This document shows, one piece after another, positions 40,297-41,634 of a stretch of DNA of 41,634 bases (positions are counted from its first letter, which is position 1; each line of letters opens with the position of its first letter). The DNA is from an uncultured Frankiaceae bacterium (GTDB lineage Bacteria; Actinomycetota; Actinomycetes; JAFAQI01). Location of the stretch: contig CAZEAM010000373.1 in the NCBI GenBank assembly GCA_964510285.1, positions 1 to 41,634 on the forward strand, written 5' to 3'. The notes beneath the pieces were generated by a model. The model ran no database searches. It was given only the letters and a program-made list of their open reading frames with translations, and was not told the origin of the DNA. A program made the translations under genes and the position numbers.

Positions 40297-41507
40297 ACGA
40301 CGACGTCGACTTCGGCCAGCTGCTGCGAGGTCGCGGCGAGGAGCTCGATCCGCCGTCCGGCACCTGGGCAGCGATCGCGACACGAGCCCGACGGCGCAAG
40401 CAGGTGAAGGGTCTGCTCGCGGCAGCCGCCGGCGTCGTCGTCATCGCCGGCGCGACCCCCGCCGTGCTCGCCGTCCGCGGCTCGAGCGACAACCAGCGCC
40501 TGCAGGTCCAGGCGTCGGTGCCGCACGGCGACGCGACCACCACGCTCGGCGACCACGAGGCCAACCCCGTCGTACATCCCTCGCTCGACCGGCTTGTGCC
40601 GACGACGGTCAGCTTCGTCAGCCAGTACGAGGGCTGGGTGAGCGGCGAGCTGAAGGTGCACGGCGGCACGGTGGCCGGCGGCCTCGCGCACACGATCACC
40701 GGGGGCGCCACCTGGTCCATCCAGGCGCCCAACCCAGCACCTCAGGGCACCGTGCGGTTCGCTGACCCGAAGCAAGGCCTGAGCTTCGGCGACCTGTACC
40801 AAGTGACCAACGACGCGGGCGCGACGTGGCAGACGATTCCTGCTCCCGGTTACATCACCGATCTCGAGACCGCGAACGGCGTCATCTGGGCGCTGGTCCG
40901 GTCGTGCGCGCACTGCGACGGGCTTCGGCTGTTCCAAGCGACGTTGACCGCACCGCAGCTGGTGCGCGTCTCGGCGGTCAAGCCGATCGGCAGCTACGAC
41001 GCGACCATCACGCTGCACGGCCACGCGATCTACGTCACGGGCGGTGACGACATGTGGGCGTCGACCAACGACGGCTTCAGCTGGCAGCATCCGGACAACC
41101 CGTGCGGCGGCGGCAGCCAGTCCTTCGCGGCGTGGAGCGACAATGGCCTCGCCGCGGAGTGCACGCCGAACCGCGGGCTCGGCAGCATCTTCGAGTCGAT
41201 CGACGCGGGCCGGGACTGGACCAACATCGCCGACGTCCCCGACGTCCAGGCAGGGGTGGGCACGTTGTCGGCCGGGTCCCCCGACGAGCTGCTGGTCACC
41301 TCGGCCAAGGGCACCTCGTTCGTCAGCCACCACCACGGCAACCGGTGGGTGCGTGCCGATCTCGACGGCACGGTGCTGCTCGCGGCGTACATCAGCCGCA
41401 GCCACGTCGTCGGCCTCACCGGCGGGCGCACGCCGACCTTCATCTCGAGCTTCGACAGCGGCCGAACCTGGACACAAACCCCATTGCGGGCGGCGGTTAC
41501 TCCCTGA
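40293..41507 (+). CDS. Single-pass membrane protein with an extracytoplasmic Asp-box (BNR/Ycf48-like) beta-propeller; putative anti-sigma or sensor partner
   Basis: The ATG overlaps the sigma stop (ATGA). TM helix: LLAAAAGVVVIAGATPAVLAV. Five Asp-box-like motifs: TGGATW, NDAGATW, TNDGFSW, SIDAGRDW, SFDSGRTW. Confidence 0.8.
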   Translation: MNDDVDFGQLLRGRGEELDPPSGTWAAIATRARRRKQVKGLLAAAAGVVVIAGATPAVLAVRGSSDNQRLQVQASVPHGDATTTLGDHEANPVVHPSLDRLVPTTVSFVSQYEGWVSGELKVHGGTVAGGLAHTITGGATWSIQAPNPAPQGTVRFADPKQGLSFGDLYQVTNDAGATWQTIPAPGYITDLETANGVIWALVRSCAHCDGLRLFQATLTAPQLVRVSAVKPIGSYDATITLHGHAIYVTGGDDMWASTNDGFSWQHPDNPCGGGSQSFAAWSDNGLAAECTPNRGLGSIFESIDAGRDWTNIADVPDVQAGVGTLSAGSPDELLVTSAKGTSFVSHHHGNRWVRADLDGTVLLAAYISRSHVVGLTGGRTPTFISSFDSGRTWTQTPLRAAVTP

Positions 41508-41576
41508 CGGTTGCGGGAGCCCTACCCGCGGGTAACACTCCAGGCAGGCACCTACCCCACCCTCCGGAGTGCGCCG

Positions 41577-41634
41577 ATGAGCCAGGTCAGCGAGAAGCAA
41601 GCCCGCCAGGTCGCCGAGGCCGCGCGCGAGACCG
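41577..41634 (+). CDS. 5' end of an unidentified CDS that runs off the right edge
   Basis: ATG at 41577 lies 7 nt after GGAG. The sequence MSQVSEKQARQVAEAARET... resembles, from memory only, N-termini of long actinobacterial acyl-CoA dehydrogenases. It is too short to call. Confidence 0.4.
   Translation, partial: MSQVSEKQARQVAEAARET

Noticed and set aside
1-41634. Scan for CRISPR arrays, rRNA, RNase P/tmRNA/SRP hallmarks, IS elements and transposases.
   Set aside because: I saw no regularly spaced short repeats and no conserved RNA signature strings (for example GAGGAAAGUCCGGGC of RNase P). No transposase-like ORF or terminal inverted repeats flank an ORF. This was a scan by eye only, so a covariance-model search could still find small RNAs.

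Overview
High-GC (about 70% by eye), densely coding chromosomal DNA of Actinomycetota type. I make 46 CDS calls (two cut by the window edges, a few at low confidence) and one tRNA-Ser(UGA). I saw no rRNA, CRISPR array or IS element. Most of the window looks like ordinary core genome. It contains: a FliA/WhiG-type sigma factor next to an atypical orphan NarL-type response regulator (1-1699); a stress-flavoured block with hemerythrin, CBS pair, DUF1360, F420-type LLM oxidoreductase, SDR and GH15 (2968-9542); a six-gene translationally coupled minus-strand operon (16066 down to 9521) with a PoxB-like TPP enzyme, a small membrane protein, a gluconate-2-dehydrogenase-subunit-3-like protein, a GMC oxidoreductase, an enolase-superfamily enzyme and DUF72; a PAS-GGDEF-EAL protein, an acyl-CoA synthetase and a membrane metallophosphoesterase; two ECF sigma modules; and TetR/MMPL and GntR/beta-propeller divergent pairs. 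The stand-out is a roughly 6.96 kb integrated islet (28444-35400) at tRNA-Ser. It is bounded by a 58-nt imperfect direct repeat of the tRNA 3' half. It carries a tyrosine integrase, an excisionase-type HTH protein, a PIN/HTH toxin-antitoxin pair and several ORFs I cannot assign. Among these is a translationally coupled small protein plus soluble Hanks-type Ser/Thr kinase cassette, which I consider the best candidate here for an undescribed defence, abortive-infection or TA-like system. All family names come from motif recognition by eye, since no database search was possible. Start codons are often uncertain because the ORF track reports the longest ORF.
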